Shown here: one piece after another, positions 56,755 through 64,000 of the stretch
Layout of the letters: every line of letters starts with the position of its first letter
How positions within the stretch are numbered: the first letter of the stretch is position 1
NCBI GenBank assembly: GCA_947164155.1
Contig: CAMUVS010000005.1
Coordinates: forward strand, 639 to 64,638
Source: an uncultured Bacillales bacterium
GTDB lineage: Bacteria > Bacillota_I > Bacilli_A > RFN20 > CAG-826
Direction: 5' to 3'
Length of the DNA: 64,000 bases
Made by a program: the position numbers and the translations under genes
The notes under the pieces: model-generated
What the model was told of the DNA's origin: nothing
What the model saw: the letters and a program-made list of their open reading frames with translations, nothing else
Database searches by the model: none

Positions 56755-57972
56755 TTATTTTTTAAGAACTTCCACCATCGGCTTACCAACTAAATTGGTT
56801 GGCATTTTAAGATTAAAGTTTTCTAGAATTGTGGCGCCGATATCGCCAAAGCATTCTCTTTCTTCTAAATATTTTCCGTTTTTAATGCTTGGAGAATACA
56901 TAAGTAGAGGAATTTTTTCTCTAGTGTGATCAGTTCCTGGCCAAGTTGGATCATTACCGTGATCTGCGGTGATGATTAATAAATCATCGTCTCTCATTTT
57001 AGAAACGAATTCACCAACTCTTTTATCAAATCTTTCTAAAGCCTCTCCATAGCCAATTGGATCTCTTCTATGACCATATTCACTATCGAATTCCACTAGG
57101 TTAACAAAACACATTCCAGTGAAATCATGATGTAATAATTCATCAATAGTTTTATCCATGCCGTCTTCATTAGAAACGGTCTTTTGGGTTTTACTAACTC
57201 CATAGCCGTCAAAGATATCACCGATTTTGCCAACACAGCTAGTCATGAATCCATGTTCTTGCATGACATTCATTACTGTTGGTAATGTTGGTCTTAAAGC
57301 TAAATCATGTCTATTAGATGTTCTTTTGAATGTTTCTGGAGTTTTGCCAACATATGGACGGGCGATAACTCTTCCCACCATCCATTCTGGTTTCATACAA
57401 ATTTCTCTAGCGATTTCACAGCATCTATAAAGTTCTTCTAAACCAGTTACTTCTTCGCTTGCAGCGATTTGAAGGACTGAGTCGCTAGATGTATAAACAA
57501 TAAGAGAATTATCTCTTATTTGTTCTTCGCCTAATTGTTTAATTATTTCTGTACCACTAGCAGCGCAGTTACCAATCACTTTATGTCCGGTTTTCTTTTC
57601 TAATTCATCAATCAATTTTTTTGGAAAGCCAGTATCTGTAAAAGTCTTAAATGGAACTTTGGTATAGATGCCCATCATTTCCCAGTGTCCTGTCATAGTG
57701 TCTTTACCGTTAGACACTTCTCTACTACGAGCCGCAAATGCATGCGGATGAGACACTTTTTTGGTTCCTTTAACATCAGCTAAGTCTGCAATACCCATTG
57801 CCTCCATATTTGGAATATGTAATCCATTAGGCATCTTTTCAGAAATATGAGCAAAAGTATTACTGCCCCAATCACTATGTCCGGCATTGAAAAATTTATC
57901 AGCATCTGGTTCATAACCGACGCCAGCTGAATCAGCGACGATTACAAAAATTCTTTTATAAGGATATGACAT
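56755..57972 (-). CDS. deoB: Phosphopentomutase
   Basis: IFVIVADSAGVG and ITADHGNDPT motifs. 405 aa. Confidence 0.95.
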   Translation of the reverse strand: MSYPYKRIFVIVADSAGVGYEPDADKFFNAGHSDWGSNTFAHISEKMPNGLHIPNMEAMGIADLADVKGTKKVSHPHAFAARSREVSNGKDTMTGHWEMMGIYTKVPFKTFTDTGFPKKLIDELEKKTGHKVIGNCAASGTEIIKQLGEEQIRDNSLIVYTSSDSVLQIAASEEVTGLEELYRCCEIAREICMKPEWMVGRVIARPYVGKTPETFKRTSNRHDLALRPTLPTVMNVMQEHGFMTSCVGKIGDIFDGYGVSKTQKTVSNEDGMDKTIDELLHHDFTGMCFVNLVEFDSEYGHRRDPIGYGEALERFDKRVGEFVSKMRDDDLLIITADHGNDPTWPGTDHTREKIPLLMYSPSIKNGKYLEERECFGDIGATILENFNLKMPTNLVGKPMVEVLKK

Positions 57973-58000
57973 ATATTTCTTACCTCGAAACTATAATATA

Positions 58001-58882
58001 TTATTTTTTGTTAATAAACAAATCATATGCACTAATAATTCTATCCTTAGAAACATGTGTATAAATTTGTGTAGTAGCGATATTAGCGTGACCCAACATT
58101 TCTTGTACTGTTCTTAGCTGCGCTCCGCCTTCTAATAAGTGAGTGGCAAAGCAGTGTCTTAAAGTGTGGGGGGATATCTCTTTTTCAATACCGACTTCAG
58201 AGGCATATTTTCTGATTTGCTTAAAGAAATAGACTCGGCTTAACGGCTTACCTTTCTTATTTAAGAAAAGATATTTAGAATCTGCTCCATGGAATTTTCC
58301 TCTAACTTGATTAATGTATTTAACAACATATTCTAAAGCAAAGTCTCCCATTGGCACTTTTCTTTCTTTGGCGCCTTTACCAAAAACAATCACGATCCCT
58401 TTTTTAAGATTAATATTGGCTTTTTCTAATTCTAATAATTCAGAAACACGTAGTCCACTAGCATACATTAATTCCAACATCGCCTTGTCTCTTATGCCAC
58501 TAGGAGATTTCATATTTGGAGCATCAAGTAGCCTCTCTACTTCCTCAACCGACAAATAAGTTGGAAGAATCTTTTCCTTTTTTGGACCTTCTATTTCAGG
58601 AATCTCATCGTTATAATATCCATCTTTCTTTAAAAAGAGATAAAAATGCTTAATAGAAGCCGCTCTTCTTAAAGTGGTTGATGGTTTTCTACCAAGACTT
58701 GCTCCATAAAGCATAAAAGAATTAATGTCATAAGGATTTAAATCTTCGGTGTCTTTCTTGTCCTTAAAATATTTAAAAAACAACTTTAAATCTGTTAAAT
58801 AAGCATCAACAGTCTTTTTTGATAAGCCCTTTTCCACTAGTAGATATTGGGCGAATAGATTAGCAGCGTCATTTATTTCCAT
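58001..58882 (-). CDS. xerD: Xer-type tyrosine site-specific recombinase
   Basis: N-terminal SAM-like domain (YLLVEKGLSKKTVDAYLTDL) and catalytic residues in ASGLRVSEL, HTLRHCFATHL and LGHANIATTQIYTHV. I cannot make the XerC versus XerD assignment by eye. Confidence 0.8.
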   Translation of the reverse strand: MEINDAANLFAQYLLVEKGLSKKTVDAYLTDLKLFFKYFKDKKDTEDLNPYDINSFMLYGASLGRKPSTTLRRAASIKHFYLFLKKDGYYNDEIPEIEGPKKEKILPTYLSVEEVERLLDAPNMKSPSGIRDKAMLELMYASGLRVSELLELEKANINLKKGIVIVFGKGAKERKVPMGDFALEYVVKYINQVRGKFHGADSKYLFLNKKGKPLSRVYFFKQIRKYASEVGIEKEISPHTLRHCFATHLLEGGAQLRTVQEMLGHANIATTQIYTHVSKDRIISAYDLFINKK

Positions 58883-60053
58883 TTTTTACTTCACTCGCTC
58901 TTTTTAAATTTGCGCCTTTATAGCGACGATTTAAATCATTGATGATTAATTTAGTGCGATTCTCTTCTTCGTGTCTCTCGTAGTCAAATAAGGTCATTTG
59001 GATGGAAGAATCTTTAATACTGACAAGGTTTTGAAGTGTAACTCCAATAGCTCTTACGGTTAAATCTAGAAAATTACGTTCATAAAGTTTTAAAGCGGCA
59101 TTAAGAATGTCTTTGCTGTCATTGGTTAATTTATCTAGAGCTATCGATTTATTACGTGCCTGATAATTAGTGTCTCTTGCCATAATTTGAATGGTATTTC
59201 CGACCATTGAATCTTTTTTGGCGCGCATTGACACTTCTTCAGCAAGCATCATAAAAGTTTGTTTGATGATTTCAAATTGGTTTGTATCACTTTTTAAAGT
59301 TGTGGAATTACCCACTGATTTTGGATTTTCGTATTCGGTGATAATTTCATCTGAACCATAACCATTAATCCATAATTTTAATTCATCGGCAAATTTGCCT
59401 AATATTTTTAATGTTGATTCGTCATTGTTATTTAATCTATTAGCGAGATCACCAATCGTTTTTACTCCAATATGTTCTAATCTAGGCGCTGTTTTCTTTC
59501 CTACACCAAACATATCTTTAATTGGAAGGGGATATAAGATATTTCTAATATCTTTTCTTCTAATAATTGTGACTCCCATTGGTTTTTTATAATCACTTCC
59601 CATTTTCGCTAAAAATTTACTTGGACCCACTCCAATTGAACATTTAAGCCCAGTTTTTTTATATAGATCTAGTTGAATTGATTTGAAATATTCAGTGACA
59701 TTTTTCTTTCCTTTAACAGTATCAGTAAAGTCTGCAAAAAGTTCATCAATAGATGCTGATTCAACTTTTGGAGTAATACTTCTAATATAGTTTTTGAATT
59801 GATGCGATAAAGTGATATAAAAACGATAATCAGGTGGCACAATCAATAAATTAGGACATAACTTAACAGCTTTGTTCATTGGCATCGCACTGCTAACACC
59901 ATATTTTCTTGCTTCATACGAGCAAGTTGAAACAACACCGCCTCGACCTAAGTGGCCTATCGCTACTGGTTTATTTTCTAAGGATGGATCCCTAATTTCT
60001 TCTGCTCTAACAAAAAAAGCATTTAAGTCAATATGGACAATTACTTTCGCCAT
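58869..60053 (-). CDS. dinB: DNA polymerase IV (Y family)
   Basis: IVHIDLNAFFV, SIDELF and the HhH GVGKKT. Confidence 0.94.
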   Translation of the reverse strand: MAKVIVHIDLNAFFVRAEEIRDPSLENKPVAIGHLGRGGVVSTCSYEARKYGVSSAMPMNKAVKLCPNLLIVPPDYRFYITLSHQFKNYIRSITPKVESASIDELFADFTDTVKGKKNVTEYFKSIQLDLYKKTGLKCSIGVGPSKFLAKMGSDYKKPMGVTIIRRKDIRNILYPLPIKDMFGVGKKTAPRLEHIGVKTIGDLANRLNNNDESTLKILGKFADELKLWINGYGSDEIITEYENPKSVGNSTTLKSDTNQFEIIKQTFMMLAEEVSMRAKKDSMVGNTIQIMARDTNYQARNKSIALDKLTNDSKDILNAALKLYERNFLDLTVRAIGVTLQNLVSIKDSSIQMTLFDYERHEEENRTKLIINDLNRRYKGANLKRASEVKNGNK

Positions 60054-60059
60054 ATTTTC

Positions 60060-60088
60060 ATTATAAATGCATTCTTAGATTATGTTAA
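60060..60088 (-). promoter_or_regulatory. Promoter that would give a leaderless dinB mRNA
   Basis: On the minus strand: TTAACA (60088-60083), 17-nt spacer, TATAAT (60065-60060), then 6 nt (GAAAAT) before the ATG at 60053. No SD is present. Confidence 0.55.
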
Positions 60089-60092
60089 CTAA
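60079..60092 (+). repeat. Second exact copy of the 14-mer ATTATGTTAACTAA (the XerD-arm side of the dif-like site)
   Basis: Identical to 54230-54243 and in the same orientation. It overlaps the -35 of the dinB promoter. The sequence where an XerC arm would lie does not resemble dif. Confidence 0.8.
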
Positions 60093-60095
60093 TAT

Positions 60096-61946
60096 TTAGA
60101 TTAAATCGATAATATTATCGATTTTTAATCCGAACAATTCTCTTTGTTCATCGATTGTCGCTTGTTTAACAAATTCCGTTGGAACAGTTTTAACAATAAC
60201 TTTTCCTTGATATCCTAAAGCCAGTAATCTACTTTCTAAAGCATTAGCAAAGCCTTCTTTAGTAGCGTAGGCATTATAAATAATAACTTTTTTGTAGTTA
60301 AGAAGTTGCAAGACCTTAGCCTCATCCATTGGCCTAATGTAGATTGCATTAAATAAGGTGACATCTTTATCTAATTCTTGGATTTTCTTTTTTAAATCAA
60401 CAGTAACTGGTCCAATTGAAATGATTGCAGTGTCTTTACTCCTACCTTCTAATTCTACTTTCCAACTACCATAAGGAATCTTTTTTACTCCTTCGGTATT
60501 TACTGAGAAAAATTCACGTGGATATCTAATGGCAAATGGTCCGTGATTACATAATGATTCTTTCATTAATGAAAGAGCTTCGTTACTTCTGCTGGCCATA
60601 GCGATAGTAACATTAGGGATTGTATATAAGAACGCTTCATCATAAATTCCTTGGTGAGTTTCTCCATCATTTCCCACTAATCCAGCACGATCGATTAAAA
60701 TTGTGCAGTCAAAATTCATTCTAGCGACATCATGAGATAATTCATCATAGCTTCTTTGTAAAAAAGTAGAATAAATGGAGATCACTGGGTGAATTCCACT
60801 ACTAGCTAAGCCACCCGCTAAAGTAAAAGCGTGTTCTTCAGCAATTCCAACATCGATTGTGCGATTAGGGAACTCGGCAAACAAAGAATCTAAATCAGAA
60901 CCATGTTCTGTAGCAGGAACAACGGTCACAATATTTTTATTATTTGTCATTTCATTCTTTAATAAGAATTTATATTGTTCACTCCAGGAAACCACTGCTT
61001 CTTTGGCTTTAATTTCACCGGTAGCAACATCAAATTTAGAAACGCCATGCCATGAGCCTTCGACATCGTCTTCAGCGTATTGGTAACCCCTGCCTTTAAT
61101 GGTTTTGATATGAACAATAACTGGCCTCACTGTTTTCTTTGCTTGCTTTAATGCCTTTTCCACGTGTCTAATATAGTGACCATCTACTGGACCGATATAA
61201 TCTAGACCCATAGTATCGAATAAGTTAAAGCCAATAACTTTACGTTTTGTCCAGTTTTTCACTTTAGTGAATTTCACCCACATCCACTTTCCAAATCTTG
61301 TTAAGAAAAAGATTTTTCTAAAAGCGTTTTTACTTTTGATATAGAAGGATGAACCGGACATCTTTCTAAAGGCATTAGATAAACCGCCGACTGGCTGAGA
61401 GATGGACATTCCGTTATCATTTAAAACCACAATCACTTTATGGTTTGATTGAGCAAGATTATTTAATCCTTCAAAAGCTAATCCGTTTTGAATTGAAGAA
61501 TCACCAATAAAAGCCACGACATCATATTTTTCACCTTTTAAGTCTCTGGCAAAAGCCATTCCACTAGCAGCGCTAATTGAAGTTGAAGAGTGGCCAGCTT
61601 CAAAATGATCATAAGGCGATTCATTCATTTTTTGGAATCCGCTGATGCCATCTTTCTTTCTTAAAGTGTCTAATTGACGCCCAGTTAAAAGTTTATATGT
61701 ATAACATTGATGTCCAACATCAAAGATGATTTTATCTTTTTTAAAGTCAAAAGTTCGACATAAGGCAATTGTGGCTTCTACTGTTCCTAAATTTGCAGAT
61801 AAGTGACCACCGTTTTTACTTGTTATATCTAAGATATAATCTCTTATGTCCGTGCTTAAAACATCAAGTTCTTTATAACTCATTTGATTGAGGAACTCAG
61901 GACCTGCAATAGTTTTTAAGTCAATGTGTTTAACTTCTTTAGACAT
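60096..61946 (-). CDS. dxs: 1-deoxy-D-xylulose-5-phosphate synthase
   Basis: GGHLSANLG, the TPP motif IGDSSIQNGLAFEGLN ... LNDNGMSI, and the transketolase-like C-terminal domains. Confidence 0.96.
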   Translation of the reverse strand: MSKEVKHIDLKTIAGPEFLNQMSYKELDVLSTDIRDYILDITSKNGGHLSANLGTVEATIALCRTFDFKKDKIIFDVGHQCYTYKLLTGRQLDTLRKKDGISGFQKMNESPYDHFEAGHSSTSISAASGMAFARDLKGEKYDVVAFIGDSSIQNGLAFEGLNNLAQSNHKVIVVLNDNGMSISQPVGGLSNAFRKMSGSSFYIKSKNAFRKIFFLTRFGKWMWVKFTKVKNWTKRKVIGFNLFDTMGLDYIGPVDGHYIRHVEKALKQAKKTVRPVIVHIKTIKGRGYQYAEDDVEGSWHGVSKFDVATGEIKAKEAVVSWSEQYKFLLKNEMTNNKNIVTVVPATEHGSDLDSLFAEFPNRTIDVGIAEEHAFTLAGGLASSGIHPVISIYSTFLQRSYDELSHDVARMNFDCTILIDRAGLVGNDGETHQGIYDEAFLYTIPNVTIAMASRSNEALSLMKESLCNHGPFAIRYPREFFSVNTEGVKKIPYGSWKVELEGRSKDTAIISIGPVTVDLKKKIQELDKDVTLFNAIYIRPMDEAKVLQLLNYKKVIIYNAYATKEGFANALESRLLALGYQGKVIVKTVPTEFVKQATIDEQRELFGLKIDNIIDLI

Positions 61947-61948
61947 AA

Positions 61949-62143
61949 TTATTTTTCAATTTCGATAACCTTTTCGACTTTTTCCTCAGCTTTTTTAAGC
62001 TCTTCATTTAAAAGTTTAACTATTTTGTTGCCTTCTTCGTATAGTTTAAGACTTTCATCTAAAGAGAGCTCTTTTTGCTGAATTAAAGAAACGATTTCTT
62101 TCAATCGATTTAGTTCTTTTTCAAAATTTACTTCTTGAGCCAT
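61949..62143 (-). CDS. xseB: Exodeoxyribonuclease VII small subunit
   Basis: 64 aa. FEKELNRLKEIVSLIQQKELSLDESLKLYEEG. Confidence 0.92.
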   Translation of the reverse strand: MAQEVNFEKELNRLKEIVSLIQQKELSLDESLKLYEEGNKIVKLLNEELKKAEEKVEKVIEIEK

Positions 62144-62145
62144 AA

Positions 62146-63285
62146 TTACTCTCCTTTGATTTTAATGACTTCACTATCGAAATCACCGTCTTCTAATATA
62201 GTGTGGACAATTTGTCCGGATTTTATTTGTTTAACATTTTTAATAGGTTTACCCGATTCATCTAAGGATATAGAATATCCTCTAGACAACACTGCTTTTG
62301 GATTTAATATTTCAAGCTGTTTAGAATAGCTTTCCAATTCGTCTTTTTGACTTTTAACTAAATCTTTAAGTGAATCAGTTAACTCTTCTTTTAATTCATC
62401 AAGTTCTTCCTTTTTATCTTCGATAGAATCGTATAAAGCTTGTTCCATTAATAACTTTGACTGCGAGAACAGGTTTTCTAATTCTCTTCTATCAACAGTG
62501 GCCAATTCGGCTGCTCCAGTAGGAGTTGACGCTCTTTTATCAGCGATATAGTCAATTAAAGTGGTGTCGATTTCGTGCCCTACCGCAGCGATAATTGGCA
62601 TTTTGCTTTTAGCAACTGCTCTTACTAACTTTTCATCGTTGAAGGCACTTAAATCTTCACTTGCCCCACCGCCTCGACCAATAATTAGAGTGTCTAAATC
62701 AAATTGTTGAGATTTTTCGAAGGCTTTTAGTAGCCTTTCAGGGGCTTGTTCTCCTTGAACTAAACTTGGAAAGACATATATATCAGCGATTGGATATCTT
62801 CTTTTGATGTTGGTAACAATATCTCTAATTGCTGCTCCATTAGGAGCGGTAATCACGCCAATAGCTTTAGGATAGATATTGATTGGTCTTTTTCTTGATT
62901 CATCGAATAATCCTTCACTAGCGAGTTGTTTCTTGAGTTTTTCTAGTTCAATTAATTGCTGTCCTAATCCCACTTCTTCCATTTCATAGATATTGAGATT
63001 GTAACTTCCTCTAGGGATATAAGCATCAACACTAGCTAGAACAATCACTTCGTCTCCATCTTTTGGGTTAAATGCGATACGCTTTGCGTAATTATTAAAC
63101 ATTACCGCACTAATGACAGAATTTTGATCTTTAAGTGAGAAATAAAGATGTCCGCTTGGATATGCTTTAAAGTTGCTTATTTCCCCTTTGACGCGAATAT
63201 ATTTAAGCTTCTCATCATTATTTAAAAGGCTCTTGATGTAAGAGTTCACATCACTAACTAAAACAACAGGAGCAGATTCAAACAT
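62146..63285 (-). CDS. xseA: Exodeoxyribonuclease VII large subunit
   Basis: OB-fold N-terminus (IRVKGEISNFKAYPSGHLYFSLKD) and catalytic region (IGRGGGASEDL). Confidence 0.93.
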   Translation of the reverse strand: MFESAPVVLVSDVNSYIKSLLNNDEKLKYIRVKGEISNFKAYPSGHLYFSLKDQNSVISAVMFNNYAKRIAFNPKDGDEVIVLASVDAYIPRGSYNLNIYEMEEVGLGQQLIELEKLKKQLASEGLFDESRKRPINIYPKAIGVITAPNGAAIRDIVTNIKRRYPIADIYVFPSLVQGEQAPERLLKAFEKSQQFDLDTLIIGRGGGASEDLSAFNDEKLVRAVAKSKMPIIAAVGHEIDTTLIDYIADKRASTPTGAAELATVDRRELENLFSQSKLLMEQALYDSIEDKKEELDELKEELTDSLKDLVKSQKDELESYSKQLEILNPKAVLSRGYSISLDESGKPIKNVKQIKSGQIVHTILEDGDFDSEVIKIKGE

Positions 63286-63704
63286 TATTTCAAAACTCCT
63301 GAATCTAAAATGCCATTGATGAATTTTGCTTGTTTGTCGTCAATATACTTTTTTGCTAATTCAACAGCAACATTAATAACCACGGCCTTATCAGCTTTTT
63401 CTATAAAATAGAAATGTGTATAACTCATCAATAAAATTGCCTGGGTTAATAAAGGAAGTCTTTCCCATTTCCATTTTTTAAGGAATGGAGCATAGGCTAA
63501 TTTTATTTCTCCATATTTTGCTAAAGAAACCATTACTGAATCAACAACATAAGGCGGAACATCTTTAAATTCGCATTCGCATAAACTTGAAAGAACTTCT
63601 TCTGCGGAGCGATTAACTTGTTTTTCACCAAAAGTAAAATCGGTAAGCTCATTATAGATAGCCACCATAATTATGTAATGTTGTTGATTTCTAGTAAGTT
63701 CCAT
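63285..63704 (-). CDS. nusB: Transcription antitermination factor NusB
   Basis: 139-aa helical protein in the conserved position upstream of xseA. It looks divergent from typical NusB. Confidence 0.75.
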   Translation of the reverse strand: MELTRNQQHYIIMVAIYNELTDFTFGEKQVNRSAEEVLSSLCECEFKDVPPYVVDSVMVSLAKYGEIKLAYAPFLKKWKWERLPLLTQAILLMSYTHFYFIEKADKAVVINVAVELAKKYIDDKQAKFINGILDSGVLK

Positions 63705-63730
63705 ATTGATAATCCTATGACGAAATTTAA

Positions 63731-64000
63731 TTAATTAAATTTATTGATAATTGATTCACAAAGTTCGACAAGATGGTCGGATGTGAAATTGAAATGAGAA
63801 ATCACATCTTTTGCAGGTGCGCTAGCGCCAAACTCATCTAAGCCCATGTGATATTTAGACCATTTGCCCCAACCAAATGTTGAAAGCATCTCAACTGATA
63901 CTCTTCTTTCGCTTGGTAAGAGTAAAACTTCACGTCTATAATCTTTTTCTTGTTCGGCAAAAATTTCCCATGAAGGCATAGAAACAACACGAACATCAAT
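63731..64000 (-). CDS. tkt: Transketolase, C-terminal end (5' part outside the window)
   Basis: The frame stays open to the window edge (IDVRVVSMPSWEIF ...LDEFGASAP), which is typical of the transketolase C-terminal domain. Confidence 0.9.
   Translation of the reverse strand: MDVRVVSMPSWEIFAEQEKDYRREVLLLPSERRVSVEMLSTFGWGKWSKYHMGLDEFGASAPAKDVISHFNFTSDHLVELCESIINKFN

Noticed and set aside
1-64000. Search for tRNA, rRNA, CRISPR arrays, IS elements or transposases, integrases other than Xer, toxin-antitoxin pairs and known defence genes. Also considered whether UGA is read as Trp.
   Set aside because: No intergenic region longer than about 300 nt is left unexplained. I saw no repeat-spacer periodicity, no cloverleaf-like GC-rich segments and no transposase-like ORFs. 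All long housekeeping ORFs are complete under the standard code, with Trp encoded as TGG. This visual scan cannot exclude small ncRNAs.

Overview
This is an AT-rich chromosomal segment from a low-GC Firmicutes/Mollicutes-type organism. It uses the standard genetic code: TGA acts as a stop and all long housekeeping ORFs are uninterrupted. That, together with MEP-pathway genes, comEA/comEC and a flavodiiron/rubredoxin module, fits an Acholeplasma-like or Erysipelotrichia-like genome better than Mycoplasma or Spiroplasma. This assignment is an inference; no search was run.

Almost the whole window is core genome. It follows the gene order known from the Bacillus yqe-yqf region:
- alaS-ruvX-DUF1292
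- greA
- comEA-comEC-holA with rpsT opposite
- fmt
- lepA-hemW-hrcA-grpE-dnaK-dnaJ
- ybeY-cdd-era-recO-glyQS-dnaG-sigA-trmK-yqfO
- ispH, nfo, ispG, rpmG, efp
- plsY with parE-parC
- yqeG-yqeH-yhbY-nadD/yqeK
- on the minus strand, nusB-xseA-xseB-dxs-dinB-xerD-deoB and the end of tkt

Two genes missing from the ORF track were added: a 51-aa rubredoxin and rpmG. Eight N-termini were trimmed to starts supported by a Shine-Dalgarno sequence.

I found no tRNA, rRNA, CRISPR array, IS element, prophage or recognisable defence island, and no convincing new multi-gene system.

The features most worth a second look are:
1. A strong dif-like site at 54214-54241, at a switch in gene orientation and close to a Xer recombinase gene. 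A second exact copy of its XerD-arm 14-mer lies 5.8 kb away.
2. A tandem motif, WWTTAGTA with 11-nt phasing, found just after the stop codons of five unrelated genes and always in the sense orientation.
3. Two single-gene insertions, each bracketed by 28-29-nt direct repeats of a regulatory element.
4. A C39-peptidase/6-TM protein lacking an ABC ATPase domain. Its upstream region shares a roughly 50-nt element with the comEA-comEC operon.
5. Accessory genes inserted into the conserved gene order: a degenerate-Fic protein, a stand-alone adenylation-carrier didomain protein and a nuclease-helicase fusion.
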